Source: Octopus vulgaris
Taxonomy: Eukaryota
NCBI GenBank assembly: GCA_951406725.2
Contig: OX597821.1
Coordinates: 102,982,001 to 103,046,000, forward strand
Length of the DNA stretch: 64,000 bases
Reading direction: 5' to 3'
Under the pieces are notes generated by a model that searched no databases, was not told the origin of the DNA, and worked only from the letters and a program-made list of their open reading frames with translations. Shown here piece after piece: positions 1 to 12,415 of the stretch. The stretch's first letter is position 1. Each line of letters opens with the position of its first letter. A program made the position numbers and the translations under genes.

Positions 1-211
1 CTGTCTGCCTGACTGTCTGTCTGTCTGTCTGCTTGTCTGTTTGTGTGTGTGTGTGTGTGTGTGAGTGTGTTTGCAATGGGGGTTTGAGTGTGCATTAAAT
101 ACACGAATATGTGTGTATAAATGCGTGTCTTTTGTGAGGAAGCGTTTGTGGTGTGATAAGAAGCTTGCTTCCCAACCACATGGTTCCGGGTTCAGTCCCG
201 TGAAAGTGCGT

Positions 212-298
<87 letters not shown>

Positions 299-301
<3 letters not shown>

Positions 302-500
302 AATCCAAACATGAACAAAGAGAAAACAAAACAACGCGAGGACGTGGTACAAGTGTTTATTGGACGCCGAGGAAAGGAATGAAAGAAGGAGGATTTAACG
401 TTTCGAGTGGAGCTCTTCGTCAGAAATATAGAAAAAAGGAAAATTCCAAGGAGGGGAAGACGGAGAAAGAAAATCGCCAACGATACACGCGCGGTTACAT
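299..500 (-). mobile_element. Penelope-like pLTR fragment next to a (CA)n(TA)n tract, carrying a minimal hammerhead
   Basis: Short unique insert starting right after (TA)n and containing a hammerhead core on the minus strand. A similar but degenerate segment lies at ~16887-17060. The Penelope assignment is inferred from the known hammerhead/pLTR association. Confidence 0.55.
393..427 (-). ncRNA. Minimal type I hammerhead ribozyme
   Basis: Minus strand reads AUUU-CUGACGA-A-GAG-CUCCA-CUC-GAAAC-GUU-AAAU. It has both core motifs, a 3-bp stem II, a palindromic AACGUU stem III and a 4-bp stem I (AUUU/AAAU). Confidence 0.65.
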
Positions 501-1267
501 ATTGAAAATGAATACGTATATAACGGACCTCACTTAGCTTCCGTCTACACAATCCACTCACAGGTATTTGGTTAGTCCGGGTCTGAAGAAGAAGACATTT
601 GCTCAAGATATTGTACATTAGGACAGGAATTGAAACCACATGGTTTCAAGGTGAGCTTGTTAACCACACAGACATGCTTCCGGGTATGGTAAGACTTTAG
701 GTAACGTCTTGATCTGAATGCAGTGACGTCATTCATATATAATTTCTGTAATCGCTATCTCGATATTTAAAGGTGAGAGGAAAAAATAATACTCATCGTT
801 TATTCTATGATATCCACAGATTATGTTGCTGTAGATCATGAGATATTTTGAGTTAGCTTGTGTTTATTCTTAAGGAATTAAAAGAGTTTATCAGAAATCG
901 AGAAAGGAAGAGAAAAAAACCGTATCACATTAATCAAAATGCCAGAAGACCTAAAAGATATTTCACATTTTTCAGGAATAAAGTTTACGTAAGATTAGCT
1001 TAATGGAAGAGAGATTATAAAGAAGAGGTGGATAAAAATCATGTTCTACATATTAAATGGAAGTTTTTAGATAGAGAGGCGCACAAGTAGCTACGTGGTT
1101 AAGAAAACCGCTTTGCAACAACCTGGGTTCGGTTTCAATCCCAATGCGCGGCAACTTGGGCAAGCGTCCTCAACTATAGTCTTGAGGTGCCTTTTTAGTG
1201 AATTTGGAAGATGAAAACTGTGTTGAATCCGGTTGTATGCATATATATATATATATATATATATATA

Positions 1268-1537
1268 CCAATTAAGGATTGAACACGAAAAGTGGACAGT
1301 CAACATGCTAGATATAGACGTCAAATCGCCATTCACCACAAAAGATTATGTTCTCGAGAACATAATCTTTTGTGGTGAATGGCGATTTGACGTCTATATC
1401 TAGCATGTTGACTGTCCACTTTTCGTGTTCAGTCCTTAATTGGTATATATAAATATTTTAATCTTCGGATTCTTTTTTAATATGCTAGACCACTGGTCTT
1501 AATTGATAAATATCAATTTCTACCCTTAATTAATTTT
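1268..1537. mobile_element. Palindromic (fold-back) element, copy 1: 88-bp arms with no spacer plus a ~94-bp tail, in (TA)n
   Basis: 1268-1355 is the reverse complement of 1356-1443 with one mismatch (1279/1432); the centre is TTCTCGAGAA. A near-identical copy lies at 29148-29388. Confidence 0.85.
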
Positions 1538-1554
1538 ATATATATATATATATA

Positions 1555-2084
1555 CTAGCAGTATTGCCCGGCGTTGCTCGGGTTTGTAAGGGAAATAACT
1601 ATATAAGCATTTTTAGAGAGTTATAGCAAAAAAATGCATTAAAAATGGAATAAAAAATGATGATAATTTTTTTTTAAATCGTTGACTCAGTGTCTTCAAG
1701 CCATGAAGTCGTTGTTCTAAAAGAACGCTGGTTTCCTTAACAACGCATTACGACGTTGATTTCTTTACACTCCCTTCCCCACAGCTTCACGAGGGAGGGA
1801 AGGGGGAGAAGCAAACAGGTGCAGCTGTGAGCGTGGACGCCAACTCCGCCGCTATCGACACACGATGCATTTTATGCATTAAAATGGAATAAAAAATGAT
1901 GTTAAATTATTTTTAAAATCGTAGACTCATCGTTGACGCGCGCTAATAGTCAGACGGGCTCGATATGAATCACGACTATAAGATACCCGAATTTGGTTAA
2001 ACTGCACCGCAAAATGTGGGAGGAGTTAGGAATCTAAATCGAAGGGGACAGACACTCACACAACTAGAGTTTTATATATATAGA
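1555..2084 (-). mobile_element. Non-autonomous Helitron (~530 bp)
   Basis: Minus strand begins TCTATATATATAAAA (2084) and ends CTAG (1555). A GC-rich hairpin CCCGAGCAACGCCGGG lies ~10 nt before the end, and the insertion is between A and T with no TSD. There is an internal ~55-bp direct repeat (1634-1689, 1874-1929). Confidence 0.8.
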
Positions 2085-2100
2085 TATATATATATACACG

Positions 2101-2250
2101 ATCGTCAACGCGGCCAAAGAGTTTGAAGAACACAGAAAAGACGCGCATAAAGACAAGAGACGCAGGAGGAAAACCCAAGCCGCCTCTGACACTACACCGG
2201 ATGTTACCTTCATCTGTGGACACTGTTCACAGACCTGCTTTTCCCGCTTA
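2101..2250 (+). pseudogene. RTE-clade LINE ORF C-terminal fragment (zinc-finger region)
   Basis: Translates IVNAAKEFEEHRKDAHKDKRRRRKTQAASDTTPDVTFICGHCSQTCFSRL. The FEE..KRRRRK..F.C..C...C.SR pattern is typical of RTE/BovB-like ORF ends. It is truncated by a SINE at ~2248. Confidence 0.7.
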
Positions 2251-2528
2251 GCGACATTTGGTCCGTCTTAACGTTCTGAGTTCAAATTCCGCTGTGGCCG
2301 ATTTGCCTGTCATCCTTTCGGAGGTCGATAAAATAGGTACCACTTGAATACTGGGATCGATCTCATCAACTACTCCCCTCCCCCAAAATTGCTGGCTTGG
2401 AGCCAGAAGTTGAAACCAATGTTGCCTTCATTCCTAACTTTTCTCTGTGTTTATGTGTGTACAATGTCTTTCTCTCTTTTTCTGTGCATGTCTATATTTA
2501 ATGTGCGCATGTATGTGTGTGTGTGTAT

Positions 2529-2577
<49 letters not shown>

Positions 2578-3196
2578 CGTGTGTGCATGCTTGCCTTTAG
2601 CTGCAAAAAGTTCTATCACTTAAACAGGCCGAATGTCCAGTCAGCCGGGTCTAAAGATCAGCGCCAAACAGCCGCACCCGATTATCCCATCCCGGTTTCG
2701 GATTTCGTTATAGACTACTAATCAAACTAACTACTCAAACACAATACTAAGAACTGTCTATCCAGTTTTATCAACTATATTTTCGGCAATTAAACCCAAG
2801 CTAAATCAGTAAGCTTGTTGCTTCTTTCCCTCTCAAAATGGTGCTTAAAATACCAAACGGCTTTTATACCTATATCAACGGCAATCTGAACGATATATTA
2901 GCCGTTTGAACGTCACATATATCCTTGTGTTTGGCTCTTATATAACTTGTTGGTTCTATAAAAAAGACAACTTGAGCTCTCTCATTAAAATTGTCTCTTT
3001 ATCACGCTTACTGGTTAAATTATATGCTGTAAGCTAATAATGCTTGTTATTAGCAAAGTGCAGATATACGAGAAACATAAAAAAGGAGGGAAGAATGTAA
3101 AAGCGAAAGATTTAGTCACGACAAGGGGTAACCAGAGACAATCGTTACGATAATGAAGACCGTCTTAAGCCGAAGATACAAAAGTACAGCTTATCA

Positions 3197-3277
3197 GAGT
3201 CTGAGAAACTTGGAGGGAAAGAGTAGGTATTTTAGGGAGTCTGAGAAACTTGGAGGGGAGGAGAAGGTATTTTAGGG
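3197..3277. repeat. Two-copy ~40-bp tandem duplication
   Basis: GAGTCTGAGAAACTTGGAGGG..GAG.AGGTATTTTAGG occurs twice in tandem. Confidence 0.85.
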
Positions 3278-3461
3278 ATCAGAGGCACGTTCATGAAACG
3301 ATTACATAAAGAGAGAATGTAATGTATTGGGCTGATAGTGTAAAATCATACGTTCACTGGCTTCTACAGAGAATTGATAATAATAAGCAAAATAGCTTGT
3401 TATAGAATCTCGAGAAGAGATAGAGTTGTAACGTATACTAAACAGTAAAGCCAGTAGCCAC

Positions 3462-3520
<59 letters not shown>

Positions 3521-3546
3521 TGATAATGATGATGATGATGATGATG

Positions 3547-3607
<61 letters not shown>

Positions 3608-3611
3608 TAAC

Positions 3612-3676
<65 letters not shown>
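3462..3676. repeat. (TAA)n microsatellite with (GAT)n interruption
   Basis: Read directly from the sequence. Confidence 0.95.
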
Positions 3677-3677
<1 letters not shown>

Positions 3678-4112
3678 TGATCGACATGAGCATCCCCTGT
3701 GATCATAATATCTCAGCGAAAGAGTTTGACAAGCTCAGAAAATATAAAGACCTACTCATTGAAATTGAAAATGTGGCATCTCAGGCGGTTACAATACCAG
3801 TGATCGTAGGAGCACTAGAATGATCAAGAAGGGATTTATATGAGAATGATCCCTGGCTTACCATCCCTGCAAGAAGTGCAAAAGATTGTCTTAACTGGTA
3901 CATCACACGTATTGAAAGAGCATTGTCGATGTGAGAACTGTTGCTGCTCATGTATTTTAATTTAACTTTAAAAAAAAAAAAAAAAAAAAATGAACGAACT
4001 ACTGAGTTTGGTTTAATGGCCTACCAATATACACTATGAGTTTCTCTAGCTGCCCTAGTCGGGAAGACACTCGGCTAAGAAATGGAATATATTCAAGACA
4101 CGAAGAAAAAAG
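3677..4112 (+). mobile_element. 5'-truncated R4/Dong-like non-LTR retrotransposon (RLE C-terminus plus 3' UTR) in (TAA)n
   Basis: Frameshifted translation LIDMSIPCDHNISAKEFDKLRKYKDLLIEIE..MWHL..AVTIPVIVGAL..PSLQEVQKIVLTGTSHVL matches the end of restriction-like endonuclease (RLE) domains. It is flanked on both sides by TAA repeats. Confidence 0.75.
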
Positions 4113-4127
4113 TAATAATAATAATAA

Positions 4128-4412
4128 ACTATGCCAACATTATGGAATAACAACAGAAAAAAGATGGTATAGGCACACGCCAGAAAAGGTCACAGAAAAC
4201 GATAAAGCAACCATACTCTGGGATATGCCAATACACACAGATAGAGAAATTAAAGCCAATTGGCCAGATATAGTTGTCAGAGATCATGAAGGGAAAATAT
4301 ACTTTCTAATTGATGTATCAATACTAGCAGATGACAACGATTTTCTTTAAAAGAAATGGAGAAACTTTCAAAATACAAAGACGTGGAAACAGAGGTAACT
4401 TGAATGTGGATG
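4128..4412 (+). mobile_element. Second R4/Dong-like RLE-domain fragment
   Basis: LCQHYGITTEKRWYRHTPEKVTENDKATILWDMPIHTDREIKANWPDIVVRDHEGKIYFLIDVS.. then KEMEKLSKYKD in another frame gives a PD..D..E.K nuclease motif. It begins immediately after (TAA)n. Confidence 0.8.
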
Positions 4413-4471
4413 TACGAAATGCCACTAAGCCTTTTGTTTTGAGGACTGCCAGCTCTCCGCCTTACATAATA

Positions 4472-4900
4472 ATTAATTCTACTCTAGGCGCAAGGTCTTG
4501 AAAATGTTTTGGAGACAGGGGGCTAGTCGATTACATCGACCCCAGCACCTAACTGGTATTATTTGATCGACCTCGAAAGGATAAAAGGCAAAGACGGCCT
4601 CGGCGGAATTTGAACTCAGAATGTAGCGGCAGACGAAATATTGCTAAGTATTTCGCCCGGCGTGCTAACGATTTGGGCAGCTCGCCACCTTACCGCCTTA
4701 CATAATAAAGATTTCAAATTTTGACACAAGGCCAGCAATTTTGAAGGATGGGGCTAGTCGATTACATCGACCCCAGTGCGTAACTGGTACTTATTTCATC
4801 GACCCCGAAAGGATGAAAAGCAAAGCCGCTCTCGGTGGAATTTGAACTCAGAACGTAAAGACTGACAAAATACCGCCAAGCATTTCTGCCAGCTCGCTAA
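4472..4900 (-). mobile_element. Two copies of SINE family B (tRNA-like head; GCCTTTCATCCTTTCGGGGTCGATAAA..AGTACC core resembling the Nin/Deu domain)
   Basis: Reverse complements of the copies at 37602 and 51595, with a B-box-like GAGTTCAAATTCC. Confidence 0.8.
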
Positions 4901-5094
4901 TTTAAGAATGATAATGATAATAACAATAAATAAAATTTAAATAAAAGTAAAACAAATATAAAAAAGGACAAAACTAAACCAACAAACATGGTCACAGAGC
5001 AGATTGTGGAGATGGTGAAGATGTGTGGTGGGGAGTATCTGTTTTATTATTCAGTCTAGAAAATTCTATCTGATGTACACTAATCAAAGAGAGA

Positions 5095-5141
<47 letters not shown>

Positions 5142-5722
5142 TGAGGGTGAGAGAAAAGACAGAATTCGCACCTCAAAGAAATCTTCACCAATAACCACCA
5201 CCACCACAACCACCACCACCTCCACCACCACCACCACAACTAGTGCGAACACCATCACAATCATCACCATAATCACCACCACCACTACCATCACCACACT
5301 CACTACCATCACCACCATCAACAGCCACCACCATCAACAACCACCACCATCAACAACAACAATAACAACACACTCACCAGCACCACCACCCACCACCACC
5401 ACCACCACCACCACCACCACCACCACCACTACCACCACCTCTGAAGTGTTCATTTTGATGAATGAATCACAATTTTAATGAAAACAAAACAGTAACAATA
5501 ACAAAAAGGATATTAAAACAACAACAAGCAACCCCCCTTCACACCTCCGGGACCCCAAAAAGGCAATTTTTAAAGAAATTTGTAAGAAGGAAATGAAGTG
5601 TAAAAGAGATTTTGCCGAAGACAGTGTTGATTCGTTTAACATTTCAAGAATTTTGGAAATGGAAAAGTTCCCCCTCTGGATAAGTTCACAACCTTCTGAA
5701 TTTCTCTCCAAGACTTTCATCA

Positions 5723-6265
5723 TTAGTTCAAAGGCAAAAAGAAAAGTAATAAACAAAAAGACAAGAAAAAAAGAAAGAAGAAAAGAAAAATAAAGAAGAA
5801 GAAGAAAGAAAAAGGGAGAAGAAAGGAAAAGAAAGAAAAAAGAAGTAGTAGTAGAAGAGGAAGAAGGAGTAAGAGGAAGAGGAGGAGGAGGAGAAGAAGA
5901 AGAAGAAGAAGAAGAAGAAGAAGAAGAAGAAGAAGAAGAAGAAGAAGAAGAAGAAGAGAAAGAAGTTGTAAAAGAAAGAGAAGCAGTAGCAGGGGAGAAG
6001 AAGAGAAAGAGGAAAGAGAAGAGGAGAAAGAAGAAAAAGAAGAAGAGAGAGAAGAGAAAGAAAAAGGGAGAAATAAAAGAAAGAAGAAGAGAAGAAGAAA
6101 AGGAGAAAGAAGGGAAAGGATAAGAGGAGAAAGAAGAAAAGAAAGACGAGAAAGAGGACGGACGAGAAAAAGAAGAAGAGAAGAAAAAAGAAGTGAAAGA
6201 AGAGAAAGAAGAGAAGAAGAGTAACAACAACAATAACAAGAAGAAAGCAACAACAACAACGAAGA
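5723..6265. repeat. Purine-rich (GAA)n-derived low-complexity tract
   Basis: Read directly from the sequence. Confidence 0.9.
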
Positions 6266-6574
6266 AGCCTCTGAAAAAGGTGTGCCAAAAGAAATCGAGA
6301 AAAATGTAAAAAAAAAAAAATTGTTTTAAATTAAATTTTTTAAAATTTTAAAACAAATCTGAAAAATAAATGAAATAAATTATTATTATTATTATTATGA
6401 AATAAAATATTATTTTATTTTGCATTTTTTATATTTATGTATGTTTTGTGTTTTGGTTTTTCATAATATTTCAAATTATGCAGGGTTTTTTGAGATTTTC
6501 TTTTATATTTGGATTTGAAAGCAAAAAGACTTGGGAAAGACCCGCCAGTGATTGCAACTCATTCTTGTAATCGA

Positions 6575-6593
6575 CACACACACACACACACAG

Positions 6594-6624
<31 letters not shown>

Positions 6625-6854
6625 CTCTCTCTCTCTCTCTCTCTCTCATACACACACACTCACTCACACACACATACACACTCTCTCTCTCACACACACA
6701 TACACTCTCTCACACAAACACTTTCTGTCTCTCACACACACACTCTCTCTCTCACACACACACTCTCTCTCACGCACACGCACTCTCCTTCTAACACACA
6801 CACACTCTCTCTCACACACACACACACTATCTCTCTCACCCACATACACACACA

Positions 6855-6887
<33 letters not shown>

Positions 6888-7122
6888 TCTTACTCACACA
6901 CTCTCACTCTCTCTCTCACACACTCTCTCTCTCACACACTCACACTCTCTCTCACACACTCTCACTCTCTCTCTCACACACTCTCTCTCTATCTCTCTCT
7001 CTCACACACACACACTCTCTCTCTCCCTCACACACACACTCTCTCTCACACACTCTCTCTCTCTCTCTATCTCTCTCTCTCACACACACACACACACACT
7101 CTCTCTCTCCCTCACACACAGA
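6575..7122. repeat. Compound (CA)n/(CT)n mosaic microsatellite
   Basis: Read directly from the sequence. Confidence 0.9.
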
Positions 7123-7169
7123 CACCTTGCGGCAAAAAACAAAAAAAAAAGCAAAAACAAAAAGAGACA

Positions 7170-7925
7170 AAATGCTTAGCGGCATTTCATATTTTTACGT
7201 TTTGGGGTCAAATTACGCCGAGGTCAATTTTGCTTTTTATCTTTTGGGGATTGACAAAATAAGTACCATTGCAGCATTAGGGGCCATGCGAATCACTTAT
7301 CCCTTTTCTCAAAAACTTTGAAGCTTTGCGTGTATTATAGAAAGGCAAAATGTTAAGGGGCATTCCATTCGTCTTCACGTTCTGAATTCAGATTCCACCA
7401 AGGTCAATTTTACCTTTCGTCCTTTCGGGGTCAATAAATTAAGTACCAGTGAACCACTGGGTTCAATGTAATCGACTAGTCCCCTCTCCTAAATTTCAAG
7501 CCTTGTACCTTTCGTGGAAGGGATTATTATTATTGTTAAAAAGGTGTCAGAAACGTTAGCATCTCGGGCGAAATGCTTAGGCACATTTCGTCTTGTCTTT
7601 ACGTTCTGAGTTCAAATTCCACCGAGGTCAGCTTTGCCGTTCATCTTTTCTGGGTCGATTAAATAAGTACTAGCTACGCACTGGGGTCGATGTAATCGAG
7701 TTAATCCCCTCCTCCAAGCTGCCCTTGTGGCAAAAATTTGAAATCATTCTTTAAAAGGTGGCGTGCTGAGCTAGCGAAATGCTTAGCCGTATTTCATCTG
7801 CTTTTACGTTCTGAGGTCGACTTTGTCTTTCATCCTTTCGGGGTCGATAAATTAAGCACTGGAATCGATGCAATTGACTCGCTCCCTCCCCCAAAATTTC
7901 AGGCCTTATACGTATAGTAGAAAGA
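7170..7925 (+). mobile_element. Cluster of four diverged SINE family B copies
   Basis: Repeated ACGTTCTGAGTTCAAATTCC..GGTCGATAAATTAAGTACC motifs near 7200, 7380, 7600 and 7810. Confidence 0.75.
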
Positions 7926-7938
7926 ATTATTATTATTA

Positions 7939-8710
7939 TTGGCAGCGTTACAGAGGAGCATTGCCCGTTGGAGACAAGCTCTTTAGACATGGAAGTGCCA
8001 ACAGCCAAACCTGCCCAAGATGTTTGCAGGGTAATGAAACCGCCCTGCATTCAATAATTCAGTGCCCGTTGTGGGATTGTGTGGGGCAGCTGTTGTCGCG
8101 TGTAAGACCAATTCAGCTGTCTGTCGAGTGTATAGTAAAGATCAACGCACCATCTTCCCTTAGCAGAGAAGAAAGGCAGATCTTGCTCTGCTTAGTGTTT
8201 GTGGCAAAAGAGGCCGTATGGTGTAAGCGTCTGAAAGATTTGAAGAACAGGCACTTTCCTATCTGACCAAGTCCTCATCAATTTCTTCAAATATCATTTG
8301 AAGAGGAAGGTGAGGGTAGAGAGGGAGGTGCTGCCCTCTAGTGTGTTTATCAAAAGATGGTCGACAGTTGTAAAACTGGTGTGATTGAATGGATCTACTC
8401 TGAATATGTTTTTCTAAGCAGGAGGAAAGAAACTGGAAGAGGGCCTTGGGGATGGCAGAGTCATCTGGGACTGTTGTGTGGGGTTTACCCCGAATTACCC
8501 TAAGTGGACTGCCCCGCTATTTCTCTACTTTCTGTTCTATATATCCTCTGCTATATCCTTTAATGTGGTAGTATCTCCCCTTAATCGATATCAACCCCAC
8601 ATGTTTTTTGTAAATTTTTTTGCTGTGTTTTTTTCTGTGTGTGTGTGCTGTAACTCATCGTTCCATATTGTCCTCCATGTTTTGGGCCCTTGAGGCCAAT
8701 GAAAGAAATC
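7939..8710 (+). mobile_element. 5'-truncated Tx1/L1-like LINE: zf-RVT region plus 3' UTR, flanked by (ATT)n
   Basis: WQRYRGALPVGDKLFRHG...TCPRCLQGNETALHSIIQCP..W has the CxxC..ET..H....C zinc finger of L1/Tx1 ORF2. It continues with a frameshift to ..KRKVRVEREVLPSSVFIKRW. Confidence 0.8.
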
Positions 8711-9338
8711 ATTATTATTACCATTATTATTCGTTAGATTTCAAAGAATAAGAGCCGTCATTCTCTTTAAAATGTGTAAACGATGCTGACTCACCTCTCA
8801 TTCGATACCCCTGTGGCATTCGGCTAAACTAAGGAACATAGTTGTTGTTGATGTCGTTATTGCTGTCATTTATTTATATATTTATATATTTATTTATTTA
8901 TTCATTTATTTAGTCATTCTTGCCAATCCTCATATTTGGGAGATAAAAAGTTTGCTGTGTTATAGGAATAGATTAACCAAAATGATATTTGAAATTTTTT
9001 ATTTCATTCTTAGATAGGGGGCGGGAGGATGTATTGATGGGGATACTGGTAAAAGGGGTGAAAGGATCATTGAAGGAAAATAAAAGAATGAAATACAATA
9101 AAAAAAATATAAAACAAAATGAAATAAAAATGAAATGTCACTTATCTACTGATAAAAGATGGAAAACCCTTCCAACCATACGGTTCCCAGCAGGTGTTTT
9201 TGTCATTCCAAGATGGCTGCTAAACCGAAATCTATTGTCGATGAAAAATATGGCCGTTGCCGAGAGCAATTGCGATGACTTGCAGCGCTTATTCATAGAA
9301 GCCCCAGCTATACCTCGACCAGTGTGTAACATCAAAAT

Positions 9339-9387
<49 letters not shown>

Positions 9388-9580
9388 CGCGTGTTTGTGT
9401 ATGTGCATGTGTGTATGTAGGAGGGAGATAGAGATAGGGTGTGATAGTTACTGTATATTCATGTTGAAAGGTCATATTTTTTGAAAACTAATGAAGTCCA
9501 AACTGGGTTTTCTTTATTGATATTATTTTATTATTGAAAAAAACTATTCGTAGCTCTGACCTTAACCTTATTGATGGTAC

Positions 9581-9718
<138 letters not shown>

Positions 9719-10029
9719 GCTATTGATATGAAATTCTTAGCTGGAGGCACAAGCTAGGATATGGTTATTCTCTACAAATATGGAAAAAGGTTATACATTA
9801 AAGAAGAATTATGATTGAATTATTCTTCATATTAAGATGAGAAGAAAATGAAAAAGAAAAATGTATCAAATTCCTGCTAAAAAAAAACAAAAAAAAAATG
9901 TTCATGGCTGTATTGCTAAGAAGCTCGTTTTGTAAACACGTGTTCTCAGGTTCAATTGGGCAAGTGTCTTCTACTATATCCCCGGGCCAAACAGTGATGA
10001 AATCTGTGAGGAAGCTTATCGTGTATATA

Positions 10030-10340
10030 TCAAAGTGATCACCGTGACCGACCAGGCTATCAGATGTTGCTACACATCGCTGGTCACAATGCGCTTCGCA
10101 TTGTTTTAACCTTCAAATGACGCCAGCCCGCTGGCTAAGCGAGAAGGCCAAGAGAAGAAAGAGTGAGAGAAAGTTGTGGCCAAAGAGTACAGCAGAAATC
10201 GCCACCACCCACTGCCGGAGCCTAGTGGAGCTTTAGGTGTTTTCGCTCAATAAACACTCACAACGCCCGGTCTGGGAATCGAAACCGCGGTCCTACGACC
10301 GCGAGTCCACTGTCCTAGCAACTGGACCATTGCACCTCCA
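10030..10340 (-). mobile_element. SINE family C (tRNA-derived head)
   Basis: Minus-strand head GGAGGTGCAATGGTCCAGTTG..GGTTTCGATTCCC has A- and B-box-like motifs. A second partial copy lies at 21805-21990. Confidence 0.75.
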
Positions 10341-10347
10341 CATCGTG

Positions 10348-10404
<57 letters not shown>

Positions 10405-10609
10405 TATGTCTGTGGTGTGTGTGTGTGTGTGCGTGCGTGCGTGCGTGTGTGTGTGTGTGTGTGTCGCTGAGCATTTTGTCCAATGCGCTAATGATTTAGC
10501 CAGAGGAGGAGGAGGAGAAGAAGAAGAAGAAGAAGAAGAAGAAGAAGAAGAAGAAGAAGAAGAAGAAGAAGAAGAAGAAGAAGAAGAAGAAGAAGAAGAA
10601 GAAGAAGAA

Positions 10610-10948
10610 GACCTCAGTGCGTAAGTGGTATTTATTTAATCGACCTCGAAAGGATGAAAGGCAAAGTTGACCTCGGCGGAATTTGAACTCAGAAAGTAGC
10701 GACAGACGAAATACCTATTTCTTAACTACCCACAATGGACTAAACACAGAAGGTACAAACAAGGACAGACAAACGGATTAAGTCAATTATATCGACCCCA
10801 GTGCGTAACTGGTACTTAGTTAATCGACCCCGAAAGGATGAAAGGCAAAGTCGACCTCGGCGGAATTTGAACTCAGAACGTAACGGCAGACGAAAATATG
10901 GCTACGCATTTCGCCCGGCGTGTTAACGTTTCTGCCAGCTCGCCGCCT
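10610..10948 (-). mobile_element. SINE family B dimer (full copy joined to a truncated copy)
   Basis: Two GAAAGGATGAAAGGCAAAGT.GACCTCGGCGGAATTTGAACTC blocks joined at GAAATACC|TATTTC. Confidence 0.8.
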
Positions 10949-11367
10949 TTTTAACAACAACAACAAAAACAACAACACGGACGACGACGACGACGATGAC
11001 GACGATGACTATGACGACGACAACGGCAACGACGAGACTTCAGCATTCTGCACAGTATTCTCTGTTTATCGTTAGCATTTGTCATAGCATATGTTTTTCT
11101 TTTGTTAATATTCATCGTCGGTTCGGATGAGCAAAACCCAACACAAGGCCAAGCCATCTGTGCGATGAGATTCACAGGAAAACCTTTTGTACTTGTTCTA
11201 CAAAATGTTACCTTCAATGTATAAATTGCATAAAAGGCATTTTTTTCTCTTTTCTCTTTTTTAAGACAGGAAGCAAATGTGAGCGCAAATTAAATTAAAT
11301 TACGTTTCTGCTCCCAGACTGTACATCATCTCTGTTTATTTCTCTCTCTCTCTCACTCTCAAATATA

Positions 11368-11425
<58 letters not shown>

Positions 11426-11582
11426 TTACGTGTGTGTGTATGTGTGTGTATGCGTGTGTGTGTATGAGAGAACGTGTAGTTGTATATCTTAATGTATAGT
11501 TTTTGGTGTGCATAATGACCAACTTATATATTAGCTAATAAAGAACTCAATATGTAAAACAGAGCGGAATTTTTCTATTCAT

Positions 11583-11800
<218 letters not shown>

Positions 11801-11804
11801 GAAG

Positions 11805-12108
11805 TACGTGGGCTTAGTTGTTAGGGCATTCGGCTCATGATCTAAAGTTCAGAGTTCAATTCCCAGCAACGTATTATGAGCTTGAGCAAGAAGTTTTATT
11901 TCACGTTGCTCCAGGCCACTCAGCTGGCAAAAATGAGTAGTACCTGTATTTCAAAGGGTCAGCCTTGTCACATTTTGATTGACGCTGAATCTCCCTGAGA
12001 ACTACGTTAAGGGTACACATGTCTGTGGAGTTCTCAGCCACATGCACGTTAATATCACGAGCAAGCTATCAGCTGAGACGCTCGTCGTCGTAACCGACGG
12101 AGTGCTCC
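11805..12108 (+). mobile_element. SINE family D (tRNA-like head; CTTGAGCAAG..TTTATTTCACGTTGCTCCAG.CCACTCAGCTG core)
   Basis: Has a GAGTTCAATTCC B-box. A reverse-complement copy lies at 21100-21415. Confidence 0.75.
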
Positions 12109-12116
12109 TCCATATG

Positions 12117-12161
<45 letters not shown>

Positions 12162-12289
12162 ATACACACGTATTAGTATATATTGCTAAACATGCATATA
12201 TATCTAAGTACGTATTCCTCTATTGCTATATAAATATGTATGTGTGTATGTGTATATACATAAATACACACACGCGCGCACACACGTAT

Positions 12290-12324
<35 letters not shown>

Positions 12325-12364
12325 CAAACATATGCACGTGTGTATATATATATATTTATATATT

Positions 12365-12415
<51 letters not shown>

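Noticed and set aside
2601-2721. Possible plus-strand terminal exon (CKKFYHLNRP..DFVIDY*)
   Set aside because: Only an AG after a TG tract, with no homology or upstream exon evidence.
9130-9340. Unique segment open on both strands, with a WND..C lectin-like string and YY1-like AAGATGGC
   Set aside because: Motif spacing is non-canonical and splice sites are weak; this is consistent with chance.
10270-10340. tRNA genes at A/B-box motifs (also 11805, 17070, 37602)
   Set aside because: They run into SINE bodies present in multiple diverged copies, and no complete cloverleaf is evident.
11035-11224. Hydrophobic plus-strand reading and a minus-strand 88-aa ORF
   Set aside because: No convincing start or splice structure and no recognisable domain.
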